NCBI GenBank assembly: GCA_963846185.1
Contig: CAWJVA010000013.1
Coordinates: forward strand, 16,905 to 80,904
Length of the DNA stretch: 64,000 nt
Source of the DNA: an uncultured Acidobacteriaceae bacterium
GTDB taxonomy: Bacteria; Acidobacteriota; Terriglobia; Bryobacterales; Bryobacteraceae
Direction of reading: 5' to 3'
Part shown: positions 22,717-32,433 of the stretch, piece by piece
How the letters are laid out: every line of letters begins with the position of its first letter
Numbering within the stretch: the stretch's first letter is position 1
Notes under the pieces: generated by a model
What the model saw: only the letters and a program-made list of their open reading frames with translations
Database searches by the model: none
Told to the model about the DNA's origin: nothing
Program-made: the position numbers and the translations under genes

Positions 22717-24105
22717 ATGCGTTTGATCGTTTGCGCGCTTCTTTGTACCCTGGCTGCCGCGCGGTCTCGCTCAAGCACCCGCGGAGCACTCCGCTGAGCC
22801 TGCCAAACGTGAGCCGCCGCCGGGCACGCTGCACAGCGTCACCATCAAAGGCAACCAGCTCTATTCATCAGCCGATATTCTTCGCGAAGCAGGTTTGAAA
22901 ACCGGCCAGCACGTATCGGTCGCCATGATTGACCAGGCACGCAAGAAGCTGCAGAACACGGAGCTGTTCAATGACGTGTCGTACGAATATCGTTTCAGCG
23001 CCGGCCCGGAGCCCGCGTACGACGTCACCTTCCAGCTCGCCGAAAACCAGCAGGTCTTTCCCATGCGCTTCGAACGCCTCGGCCTGACTCCCGAAGCCGC
23101 ACGCGCCTGCGTGAAAGAGCACGTCGATCTCTACTCTGACCGCATCCCCGGCACCGAAGGAGTGCTGAAGCGCTACACCGCCGCCGTGCAGGATTGCGTC
23201 AAGTCAGACCAACCCCAATCTCAAAGTTCATGCGGTCGTTTCGAACGATGATCCGCAGCAGCTCGCGGTTCTCTTCGCGCCCGAAACGCCTGCTCCGAAC
23301 ATCTCGCAGGTAATCGTCTCCGGCAATCAGGCGGTAGACACCGGCACCATCCTGCGCGCCGTCAATCAGGTCGCGGTCGGTGTTCCGCTTTCCGATACGC
23401 GGCTGAAGCTGATTCTGGATGGCGCCATCAAGCCGCTCTATGCGGCCAAGGGTTATGCCGCAGTAAGCTTCCCGAAGGTCGAAACCGAACCATCCAAGGA
23501 CAATCTCGGAGTCGTCGTTAAGGTTCAGATCAGCCGATGGTCCGCTATTCAAATTCGGCGCCATTCGTTTCAAAGGCAGCGGCATGGACGCGGATGAGAT
23601 CCGCTCGACCATCCCGTTCAAGCCCGGTGCGCCGTTACGCAGGAGACAAGGTCGATGACGTTCCGTCTCTCGCTGGTGCACGACATGCGACGGCAAGGGC
23701 ATGCTAGACGCGACCATCACGACGGACGCCCAAACCGACGAATCGAAGCGCAGCTGTAAACGTGACTTACAACGTTACGCCCGGCGCGGTCTACAACTTC
23801 GCGAAACTGGATGTGCAGGGCCTCGATATCGCCAGTGAGCCCGTGATCGAAAAGCTTTGGGGCGAAAAACCCGGGCATCCCTTCAATCCCGATTACCCCG
23901 ATTTCTTCCTGAAGCGCGTAGCGCAGGAGGGCATATTCGACAATCTCGGCGATTCACGCTACCGATTACACCGCCGATGCCTCGACGCACAACGTCACCG
24001 TCCATCTCTATTTCAAAGGCGGCGAAGTCTGCCGCCAATCGTGCCAAGCGCGAAAAGCAAGAGAAGGACAAACACACCATTGATGGTGACTGGAGCCCCT
24101 GGTAG
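22717..24105 (+). CDS. secreted POTRA-repeat protein without a recognisable beta-barrel, frame-disrupted
   Basis: The signal peptide MRLIVCALLCTLAAA starts at ATG 22717. POTRA-like repeats follow in shifting frames (VTIKGNQLYSSADILREAGLKTGQHV; VIVSGNQAVDTGTILRAV; FKFGAIRFKGSGMDADEIRSTIPFKPG; YNFAKLDVQGLDIASEPVIEKLWGEKPGHPF). It ends at 24105. Confidence 0.5.
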
Positions 24106-24146
24106 AACAAGCGCGTTCGCTGCAGCTGAGCGGTCTGAATCCGTAA

Positions 24147-26106
24147 TCACCCGCGGAGCTTCCTGACGATCGCCTCCGCATCATACACGCATCCGCCCCA
24201 GATCCCGCCGCTCGCATGCTGCAGCGCCGCCCACAGCCGCGTATCCGCGGGAAGCGCCGGGTCCGGCCGCAAATCCGTCGCGCGGCCGCGCGCTTCAGCA
24301 GTCGCCGGTGGCCTTCTTCGGCATCGAACGTTCTCGCCATTCTCCCCGACGAAATTGACGTGACCTTCCAGCTTGTTGCGGTCAATCACAATCTCGATCA
24401 CATCGCCGTCGCGCAGCTTGCCCGATCGGTCCGCCCGCCAGCGCCTCCGGTGAAACATGCCCCATACACGCGCCGGTGGAAACGCCGCTGAACCGCGCAT
24501 CCGTGATCACGGCTACGTGCTTGCCAAACGGCAGATGCTTCAGCGCCGACGTGATCTGGTACGTCTCTTCCATGCCCGCGCCCATCGGCCCGCGGCAAAT
24601 CAGAACGCAGCACGTCGCCTTCCTTGATCCGCTGCTTCTTGATCGCGGCCATCGCGTCGTGCTCGGTGAGGAATACTCGGCCGGCCCGCGCATCCGGTAA
24701 ACGCCATCGTCGTCGACCACGCTGCGGATCGATGGACGTGCTCTTCACCACCGAGCCCTCCGGCGCCAGGTTGCCATGCGGGAAGCAAACCGTCGACGTC
24801 AAGCCCGCGCGTCCGCGCCGCATCGGGCGACATGATCACGTCGTCCGCATCCACTCCATCCAGCTCGCGCAGCTCGCTGCGCGGAACCGACACGCCGTTC
24901 CGAATTGCTCCCACCAATCGAGCATCGCGTCCAGCGTCTCGCCGGATACCGTCAGCGCCTTGGTATTCAGCAATCCCGCGCGCCGCAGATGCAGCATCAC
25001 TTCCGGCACGCCGCCCGCCAGAAACACCTGCACGGTCGGGATGATTTCGCGGCCCGTTCGGCAGTGCGTCCACCAGTGCGTGGCACGCTGCGGTTGATCC
25101 GGCTCCAGTCCGCGACCGTCGGCCGCGCGCAAGCCCGCCGCATGCGCAATCGCCGGAACGTGCAGCAGCAGGTTCGTCGAGCCGCCAAACGCCGCATGCA
25201 GCACCATCGCGTTTTCGATCGCGCTTGCCGTCACGATATCGCGCGTCGTATGCCCAGCTCCGCAGCCGCAGCAGCGCCGTCGCGGTCCGGCGCGCCATAT
25301 CGAGCCAACGCGCTGGCCCGAGGGCGCGAGCGCGGAATGCGTCAGCGTCAGGCCGAGCGCCTCCGCCACCACCTGCGAAGTCGCCGCCGTCCCGAGAAAC
25401 TGGCATCCGCCGCCCGGCGAAGCGCACGCCCGGCAGCCCGCCAGCGCCGCTTCTTCCAGCGAAATCTTCCCATGCGCAAAGCGCGCGCCGATGCGTCTGC
25501 ACTTTGCCGGCGTCTTCGCCGTGCTCCGGCATCAGCGTCACTCCGCCCGGAATCAGCGCGCAGGGCAGATCGCGCGTCCCGGCCAGCGCCATCATCATGG
25601 CGGGCAGGCCCTTGTCGCAAGTCGCCAATGCCGATCACGCCGCGCCCGCGTCGGCAGCGAACGGATCAGCCGGCGCAGCACGATCGCCGCGTCATTGCGA
25701 AAGGGCAGGGAATCGAACATGCCAGGCGTTCCCTGCGTGCGGCCGTCGCATGGGTCGGTGCAGGCTCCGGCAAACGGAATCGCGCCCAGGGCCTTCAACT
25801 CGCGCGCGGCTTCCGCCACCAGCAGCCCCACTTCCCAATGGCCGGTGTGATACCCGAGCGCGATCGGCGTCCCGTCTGGCGCCCGTACGCCGCCATGCGT
25901 GCTGAGAATCAGAACCTCGCTGCCGCCGAGCGCCTCCGGCTGCCCAGCCCATCCCGGCATTCTGCGTCAAGCCGAAGAGGTTGCCCGAAGGCTGGTTCCA
26001 GCAGCATTTCGGGCGTGATCGGCAGCGCTCCCTCCGGGCCCGCGCGCGTGCGTCCGCACATCGAAAATCCCAGGCCGTCGCCTGAATCGACACTCTTCAG
26101 GTCCAC
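24147..26106 (-). CDS. IlvD/Edd-family sugar-acid dehydratase (YjhG/YagF xylonate-dehydratase-like), heavily frame-disrupted
   Basis: Eight minus-strand fragments are colinear with the YjhG/YagF type as I recall it from memory. Matching segments are [165 protein letters not shown]. Confidence 0.8.
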
Positions 26107-26149
26107 AATTCAACGTTACTACATCGCGGCTGCTGGCGCTACACTCAGA

Positions 26150-26662
26150 ATCGTTTGCGCACGCCGCCGGTCGGCCATCTATCCCGGCTCCTTCGATCCT
26201 CTGACGAACGGCCACCTGGATCTGATCGCGCGCGGCGCGCGCCTTGTTCGACCACCTCATCGTAGCCGTTCTTCGGAACACCCAAAAGCAGCCGCTCTTT
26301 TCCGTCGAAGAGCGCATCGAAATGATCCGCGAAGCGATGCGCCGACTTGCCGAATGTCGAAGTGGATTCCTTCGACGGCCTTGCTGGTCGATTACGCCGC
26401 GCGCGCGCAATGCGAACGCGATCCTGCGCGGCATCCGCGCCATCTCCGATTACGAGATCGGAACTGCAGATGGCGCTGCATCAACCGCCGCATGCGCCCC
26501 GAAACCGAAACCGTTTTCTTGATGGCCAGCGAAGAGCACTCCTTCGTCAGTTCGCGCATGGTCAAGGAGATCATCACGCTCGGCGGCGACGTCTCGCCGT
26601 TTGTTCCGCCCGCGGTGCATCGGCCGGCTCGCGCAAAGCTTAAAGTCCAGCGCTTACGGTAA
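26150..26662 (+). CDS. coaD: phosphopantetheine adenylyltransferase, frame-disrupted; start uncertain
   Basis: AIYPGSFDPLTNGHLDLIARGARL lies in the tail of the 24905-26662 frame. FDHLIVAVLRNTQKQPLFSVEERIEMI is in 26244-26522. NAILRGIRAISDYEIE.. and TVFLMASEEHSFVSSRMVKEIITLGGDVSPFVPP follow. No canonical start codon is in frame upstream, so another indel near the 5' end is likely. Confidence 0.8.
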   Translation: MVCARRRSAIYPGSFDPLTNGHLDLIARGARLVRPPHRSRSSEHPKAAALFRRRAHRNDPRSDAPTCRMSKWIPSTALLVDYAARAQCERDPARHPRHLRLRDRNCRWRCINRRMRPETETVFLMASEEHSFVSSRMVKEIITLGGDVSPFVPPAVHRPARAKLKVQRLR

Positions 26663-26675
26663 ATTGAAAGTTAAT

Positions 26676-27870
26676 ATGCAAGCCACCGCTGAAATAGCCG
26701 AACGTATCTCCACGATCAGTGTTTCTTCCACGATGAAGGTCTCGGCCGATGCGGACCGCCTGCGCCGCGAAGGCGTCGACGTCGTCGATTTCGGCGCTGG
26801 CGAGCCGGATTTCCCGACGCCCGCCAACATCAAGCAGGCCGCCATCGACGCGATCGATGCCAACTTCACCAAGTACACCAACGCCGGCGGAACGCCGGAA
26901 CTGCGCGAAGCGATTTGCGAGCGGCATCGCGCTCGATTTCGGTACCAACTACTCCCGTGCCGAGTGCATGGTCACGGTCGGCGGCAAGCACGCCATCTTC
27001 AACCTGATCCAGGCGCTGGTCAACCCCGGCGATGAAGTCATCATCCCCGTTCCTTACTGGGTCACTTACAAAGACGTCGTGAATTACGCGGGCGGCGTTT
27101 GCGTTTTCGTCGAAACCGACGAAAGCACCGGCTTCGAAGTCACTGCCGAGATGATCGAGCGGCACATCACTCCGAAAACCAAGCTGGTCATCATCAACTC
27201 GCCTTCCAATCCGAGCGGCGCCGTTCTAGCCGCGACAGAATTTCGCAGAGATCTTCGAACTGACTTCGAAGCGCGGCATTCTTTTGATGACCGACGAGTG
27301 CTACTGCCATTTCCTCTATGAGGCTAAGCCGTTCTCCATCGCCGCGCTGCCCGGGCGCGAAGGAGAACGGTGGTGGTTGCCGGCTCGCTGTCGAAAACGT
27401 ACGCGATGACGGGTTGGCGCGTCGGCTTTGCGCTCGCGCCCGCGCCGATCATCGGCGCCATGATGAAGCTGCAAAGCCACAGCACCTCGAATCCCACTTC
27501 CATCTGCGCAGAAAGCCGCCGTCGAAGCCATGCGTGGTCCGCAGGATTCCGTTCCCGTGATGCTGGCCGAATACCGCCGCCGCCGCGATTTCGTGATCGA
27601 GCGGCTGCGCGCGATTCCGGGCGTTTCGATCGTGACGCCCAAGGGCGCTTTCTACGCTTATCCGAACATCAGCGTGCGCCTACGGCGGCGCCAGTCAAGA
27701 ACTCGCTCGAGTTCGCAACGGAGCTGCTCGCAGAAGCGCACGTTGCCGTCGTTCCCGGCGAAGCGTTCGGAACGAACGATCACGTTCGCATCTCCTACGC
27801 CACCTCGATGAAGGAACTGGAGCGCGGGCTCGACCGCATCCACAAGTTCATTGACGGCCTGCGCGCGTAA
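26676..27870 (+). CDS. pyridoxal-phosphate-dependent (aspartate-type, class I) aminotransferase, frame-disrupted
   Basis: Fragments 26601-27035 (from Met at 26676: MQATAEIAERISTISVSSTMKV..DVVDFGAGEPDFPTP), 26749-27321 (VIIPVPYWVTYKD.., VIINSPSNPSGAV) and 27370-27870 (GSLSKTYAMTGWRVGF, the PLP lysine motif) belong together. Confidence 0.85.
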
Positions 27871-27920
27871 GCAGCTTCGCGGGCGCTCTCGTTGCCTCTC
27901 TACAACCGCTATCCTGAACG

Positions 27921-28772
27921 ATGCGAACGCTGCTGTTGCTGCTCGCCATTACCGCCAGGTCTGAGGACTTCACCGTTTCCCCCGCTCTTATTCGCCAGGG
28001 CGAAACGCTGAAGCTCAGTGCGGAAGCAGCCGCTGTCAGTGCGCGATTTTGCGACCGCACCATCCGCCTTTTTCCCCAGCAGGACGGCGCGAATTTCGGT
28101 CTTATGCCAGTGCCTGTGCTCCAAAAGCCCGGCCAGTACCCCCTCGAATTTCTCGACAAAGACGGTGCCGTCCTGCATCGCCAATTGATCCTGATCCGCA
28201 ATGCTCACTACGGAAAACAGAACATCGTCATAGCCAAAGCGCTGTCGGAACTCCGCCCGTCACCCGGCGAAATGGAAACGGTCAGCGCCTTTCGCCACGA
28301 GCTGACACCCGTACGTTACTGGCAGGAGCCGCTCGAAGCGCCCGTCCCCGGCTGCCTCACTTCGCCGTTCGGTGTGCAACGCCTGCATAACGGAAAACCA
28401 ACTGGAGATTTCCATGCTGGTGTGGATCAGCGCGCTCCAGCCGATAGCCCGGTCCATGCCGTCGCTGCGGGTGAGGTAAAGATCGTACGTCCATTCAATC
28501 TGCGCGGCGGCACGGTCGCTCTCGATCACGGTGAGGGGCTCGAATCCATCTACCTGCATATGTCCCATTTCGCAGTCAAGGAGGGTGATCATGTCTCCCG
28601 GGGTGAAGTCATTGGCTATGTCGGTTCCACCGGACGTTCCACTGCGCCTCACCTGCACTGGACTTTGTACGTGCAAGGCGAGCCGGTAACCCCCCTGCAA
28701 TGGATGCATCTAGAACCGTGCCCGGCGGCGCCTCCGCATCATCCGCCCGCCCATCCGCACCCCTCGTCCTGA
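27921..28772 (+). CDS. M23-family metallopeptidase
   Basis: Intact 283-aa ORF with a signal peptide. M23 motifs are present: FHAGVDQRAP.., GGTVALDHGEGLESIYLHMS, GYVGSTGRSTAPHLHW. Confidence 0.85.
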   Translation: MRTLLLLLAITARSEDFTVSPALIRQGETLKLSAEAAAVSARFCDRTIRLFPQQDGANFGLMPVPVLQKPGQYPLEFLDKDGAVLHRQLILIRNAHYGKQNIVIAKALSELRPSPGEMETVSAFRHELTPVRYWQEPLEAPVPGCLTSPFGVQRLHNGKPTGDFHAGVDQRAPADSPVHAVAAGEVKIVRPFNLRGGTVALDHGEGLESIYLHMSHFAVKEGDHVSRGEVIGYVGSTGRSTAPHLHWTLYVQGEPVTPLQWMHLEPCPAAPPHHPPAHPHPSS

Positions 28773-28976
28773 GCTCCCAGCCGGCCGCGCGCCTCAGCCA
28801 CCCGGGAATTCCTTTTCATGCCTATGGCGCCCCAAAGAAAATCCTGGTATTCTTAAGAAGTCTTTGCGCGCATCCGTTATTCATCGAGTGCCTTCCGGCC
28901 GCTACTCCTTCCTTCCTACAAGTTGGTTTTCAGGGCAGTCTGACAAAGACAATTTACGTTTCAAAGGATCTATTCT

Positions 28977-29321
28977 GTGACCAACATTTTTGTCGGAAAT
29001 CTCAGTTATCAGGCCACTCAGGCTGATTTGCAGGCCGCATTCGAAGCTTATGGCAATGTCGAGCGTGTCAACGTTGTAACCGACCGCGATACCGGTCAGC
29101 CCCGTGGCTTCGCATTTATCGAAATGACAGATGCCGACGCTGCGCAAGCGGCAATCACTAATTTAAATGGCGCCGAACTCCATGGCCGTGCCATGAATGT
29201 GAACGAAGCTCGGCCCAAACCAGCCGGCGGTAGCGGCGGCTTTGGCGGCAGGCGCAACTCTTTCGGCAGCAGCAGGGGTAGCGGCGGCGGCGGTGGTCGT
29301 GGTCGCGGCCCGCGCTGGTAA
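28977..29321 (+). CDS. RRM-type RNA-binding protein with Gly/Arg-rich tail
   Basis: Intact 114-aa ORF with a GTG start. RNP2 (NIFVGNLSY) and RNP1 (RGFAFIEM) are both present. The C-terminal tail is GGSGGFGGRRNSFGSSRGSGGGGGRGRG. Confidence 0.9.
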   Translation: MTNIFVGNLSYQATQADLQAAFEAYGNVERVNVVTDRDTGQPRGFAFIEMTDADAAQAAITNLNGAELHGRAMNVNEARPKPAGGSGGFGGRRNSFGSSRGSGGGGGRGRGPRW

Positions 29322-29361
29322 TTCGAGGCTAAGCCAAAGTTCATAACTCAGTATTCTGGCT

Positions 29362-29395
29362 GCCCTACTTTGGTTCGTCAGATCCAGAGTAGGGC
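29362..29395 (+). terminator. stem-loop after the RRM gene (possible terminator or attenuator)
   Basis: gccctact (29362-29369) pairs with agtagggc (29388-29395), an 8-bp perfect stem with an 18-nt loop. The following ggtcttcatttcc is only moderately T-rich. Confidence 0.35.
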
Positions 29396-29417
29396 GGTCT
29401 TCATTTCCGGAGGAAAT

Positions 29418-29624
29418 ATGCCAGGTCGCGGCCCACAGACTTTCAAAAAACGTCAGAAGGAGCAAGAGCGAAAGGAACGCCAGCAGGAGAAAATGGCCAA
29501 GCGGCTTCAACGGAAAGCCGAGCGAGCCAGCGGCGCCCCCTCGCACTCCGACGACGATACCGACCTCGAACACGCCCATGCGCCGGAAGCTGGTAACGCA
29601 TCGGACGCGGCCCAGGAATCCTGA
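29418..29624 (+). CDS. small highly charged hypothetical protein (68 aa)
   Basis: The ATG at 29418 is preceded by ggagga. The product MPGRGPQTFKKRQKEQERKERQQEKMAKRLQRKAERASG.. has a Lys/Arg/Glu-rich N-half and an acidic tail. I recognise no family. The ORF track starts it further upstream at a TTG (29370). Confidence 0.4.
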   Translation: MPGRGPQTFKKRQKEQERKERQQEKMAKRLQRKAERASGAPSHSDDDTDLEHAHAPEAGNASDAAQES

Positions 29625-29644
29625 TCAGTAGCTTCCGTTGAGGA

Positions 29645-30610
29645 TCACTCGGGCACGCCGTTCAAAATCTGTTGCCAAGCGCCCACCACTTTGTTGCGAA
29701 CCCTTTCCTGCAGTAGCTGTTTGATCGTGCTGTAACGCTCACTGGAACCCGCTGCACTATCCGCCTCCGGCAGGTACGGCGGATCTTTCTGGAGCACATG
29801 CCCGTGCCATATGTCATACTCCAGGTGCACCTGATGCGTGGGTAGAAGGTCCTGGCGATTGTGCGCCACCACGAATAGGATGCGGTCCTCTTTGTCCGGC
29901 TCGCTCTCAAGCAGATCCGCCACTGTCGTGTATTCGAAAAAGCAGTAGTTCTTCTTTCCTTGCGGAGGATGAAACATGATGTTTTGGATCAGTTGTACAA
30001 ACACCATGGAATTGCGGCACGCTTCCCGCAGCTTCTGTTCCGTCATGGAATTGTCAAATTCCGAATCGGGAAAAAAGAACCCGTTATGGTCGGCGGACTT
30101 CACGATTAACCGGTAAACGGCCTTCGCTAATAAGTTCTCCTTCTGCCGGTCCGCGCCTTTCCACGTCTCTTGCGATAGTTCCTTGACGATGAAATACCGG
30201 TAGGCAGTGTTGATCGGGTTGTCTCCGGCCACGTTCGGATACCTGGTTGTGAAGGAGAAGAAGATGTCGTATTTCAGGCAGATCTTTCGCCATGCCTTAT
30301 CGAAATATCCTCGTTGAGCTCTCGTCCAGCCAGGCCGGTATCCCTTGACGAGCAAACGATGAAGGAGATCGCGGTCCTGCTCTGTACGCCTGGCTTTAAT
30401 CAATAAGCACAGTGCGGCTCTCGCCTGTTCGCGCGTAGTCTGCCCGTCTTTCAGGTAAGTCTCAACCTGTACTTTGGCTTTTTCGACAAGATTCCGATCT
30501 GCGTCAAAAGTACCTTTTCCAGCTTCCCTTTGGCAGAGCCGTTTGTATTCCTCGCTGCTGCGGATTTTCGCGACAGGCGTTTTCGCGTATATCTCAATTA
30601 AAGCTTCCAT
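29645..30610 (-). CDS. hypothetical protein with helical N-domain and divergent TIR-like domain (island gene 5)
   Basis: Intact 321-aa ORF whose ATG overlaps the upstream ATPase gene by 13 nt. Residues ~113-255 follow TIR strand/helix order: YDIFFSF (betaA), GFFFPDSEF (betaB), SMVFVQLIQ (betaC). NYCFFEY sits where TIR domains carry S.WC..E (Glu codon 29933-29935). This assignment is by eye only. Confidence 0.5.
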   Translation of the reverse strand: MEALIEIYAKTPVAKIRSSEEYKRLCQREAGKGTFDADRNLVEKAKVQVETYLKDGQTTREQARAALCLLIKARRTEQDRDLLHRLLVKGYRPGWTRAQRGYFDKAWRKICLKYDIFFSFTTRYPNVAGDNPINTAYRYFIVKELSQETWKGADRQKENLLAKAVYRLIVKSADHNGFFFPDSEFDNSMTEQKLREACRNSMVFVQLIQNIMFHPPQGKKNYCFFEYTTVADLLESEPDKEDRILFVVAHNRQDLLPTHQVHLEYDIWHGHVLQKDPPYLPEADSAAGSSERYSTIKQLLQERVRNKVVGAWQQILNGVPE

Positions 30611-32430
30611 TGAGTGCTTTTCGTTGAGGCTTCTGTCTGTCTCTTGCTGTCCGGCCGCAAGCGCTCCAACTCGAGTTCTAATTCCGCAATACGTTGCTTC
30701 AGTTGGTCGATGTAGGCGTTTGTCTCTTCCTGCCGCAGCCGCTGGTCGCGCACCTCCGCCGCGCGCCGCACTAACCGGTCATCACGCTCGAGCATGTGTA
30801 ACCGCTCCTCTTCGCTCGCCGAGCGCCGCGTCTTCGCCGCCAGCCGCTCAATCTCACGCGCTCGCTCGCTTCCGTCATCCATGGTTGCCTTAGTTGCATA
30901 TTCCAGGTACAACCGGTCGACATCATCGACTTCAAACAGCTTCCTATAAATCTCCGGCGAACTTACACCAAGATAGTCGCGGCCATCGCCTGGGTCTACC
31001 CAGAAACGATCCGTCTGCTTGTTGCGGCGCAGTACGGCCACCTCTCCGAAATCGCAGCCGGCCACAATCGCGGGACTGTGCGCCGAAACGAAGAATTGCA
31101 CGTTCGGAAACTTTCCCGTGAGCAGACCCAGGATCTTCAGCTGCCAGCTCGGGTGGAGGTGCGCGTCGATTTCATCGATGATAACGATGCCCGGCGTCGT
31201 CAACACGTCTGTATGACTTCCCCCGGGTCGCAGCGAACGCAGAAAGCTGTAAATCAATCCGAAAATTGCGATGACGGAAAAGGTGCCTTGCGACGCCGCT
31301 TGTATTGGCAGCGGGGTGTCACGGCTCCCCGCCGTGCGCACCAGAATTTCGAAACCGGTCCGGCCCGTCCTCCGGATGTTCGCGAACGCGAACTGATCGT
31401 CTTCCGTCAGGTTCCGCACCACCTCCTGAATGAGAGAGAAGATAGGCAGATCGAAACCGCGCAGCGGGCTCTCCAGGTAATCAATGGCTATCTGGTAAAG
31501 GAACTCCGTCACGACATTTTCATAAGGCTCCTGGGTCAGATAGTTCTTTGCGCCTGCCGCAGCGAGCGGCTCGCTGCCGGTTGGCGAACTCGCAACCGTC
31601 GTGACCGAGCGATTGACGAATCTCGCATCGGGGATCGCAAGCAGCGGAATCTTGCCCACCGCATCTTCAAAATACGTCGGGTCTCGAATAATCTTCTCGA
31701 GATTGCCGTCCCGGGTAAGACTTACGATCAGTCGAGGCTCGGGCCGCTTGCTCCGGCTACCGGAGGCTCCTCCGCCCGGAAACAGATAAGCGCTGTATTC
31801 GAGATTTCTCTGAATCACCGCCGCCAGCGTGCGCAACAGCAGCGTTTTGCCATATCCGTTCTTCCCGAGCAGCACGTTTACCCGCGGCGCGAAATCATAG
31901 CGCCCATCTTCGAAGAAGCGCACTCCGTTCCAGCCGAAAGAGTGCAAATAGATCGCCGGCCCCATATTGCGGTAGAACAAGCGCTGCTCATGTTGCTCGC
32001 GCTCTGCGCGTACATTCTCGACATCTCGGTAATTAACCGTGTTCGCGATCTGCGTTTCAGATGCGATCGCGCGGGTTTCGAGCGCAAGGCGCAACATGTA
32101 TCGCGCGGCCGCCCAGCAAACAGGAGCCATCAAGATCAGAACTAAACCGGCTAGCGCGGTCAAGAAATTCGGCAAGCCGGGATCTGCCTTGCGATACAGC
32201 GGCAAAATGATGCCGACCGTCATGACGAGAGCACCCAGAATAAGCAGATCTAAAGAAGCGGCAGCAAACCGCAACGGCAGATTGAACAACTTGTCAGCCG
32301 CTATCTCCTCGTCCGAACGAAGCCTGAATTCCCGGCTTGTTTCCCGGAAAGACCAGATCGCAAATCGCCGCGCGTACGATGGGCGCGGGAGCTCTTTCTC
32401 CTTATTCGTCTCGGTCGGCGGTGCTGCCAT
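30598..32430 (-). CDS. membrane-anchored ABC/SMC-type (AAA_21-like) ATPase with C-terminal coiled coil (island gene 4)
   Basis: Intact 610-aa ORF. Two N-terminal TM helices are present (LDLLILGALVMTVGIILPL; FLTALAGLVLILMAPVCWAAA). ATPase motifs are Walker A LLGKNGYGKT (Lys codon 31846-31848), signature-like AASQGTFS, Walker B/D-loop IVIIDEIDAHLHP and H-loop VSAHSP. The last ~90 aa are a heptad-rich charged coiled coil. Confidence 0.8.
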   Translation of the reverse strand: MAAPPTETNKEKELPRPSYARRFAIWSFRETSREFRLRSDEEIAADKLFNLPLRFAAASLDLLILGALVMTVGIILPLYRKADPGLPNFLTALAGLVLILMAPVCWAAARYMLRLALETRAIASETQIANTVNYRDVENVRAEREQHEQRLFYRNMGPAIYLHSFGWNGVRFFEDGRYDFAPRVNVLLGKNGYGKTLLLRTLAAVIQRNLEYSAYLFPGGGASGSRSKRPEPRLIVSLTRDGNLEKIIRDPTYFEDAVGKIPLLAIPDARFVNRSVTTVASSPTGSEPLAAAGAKNYLTQEPYENVVTEFLYQIAIDYLESPLRGFDLPIFSLIQEVVRNLTEDDQFAFANIRRTGRTGFEILVRTAGSRDTPLPIQAASQGTFSVIAIFGLIYSFLRSLRPGGSHTDVLTTPGIVIIDEIDAHLHPSWQLKILGLLTGKFPNVQFFVSAHSPAIVAGCDFGEVAVLRRNKQTDRFWVDPGDGRDYLGVSSPEIYRKLFEVDDVDRLYLEYATKATMDDGSERAREIERLAAKTRRSASEEERLHMLERDDRLVRRAAEVRDQRLRQEETNAYIDQLKQRIAELELELERLRPDSKRQTEASTKSTQWKL

Positions 32431-32433
32431 CCC

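Noticed and set aside
24905-26662. Longest plus-strand ORF in the region (585 aa)
   Set aside because: The product is Arg/Ala/Pro/Ser-rich with no motifs. It runs antisense to the colinear IlvD/Edd-family fragments, a typical high-GC shadow ORF. Only its last ~170 codons coincide with the coaD frame.
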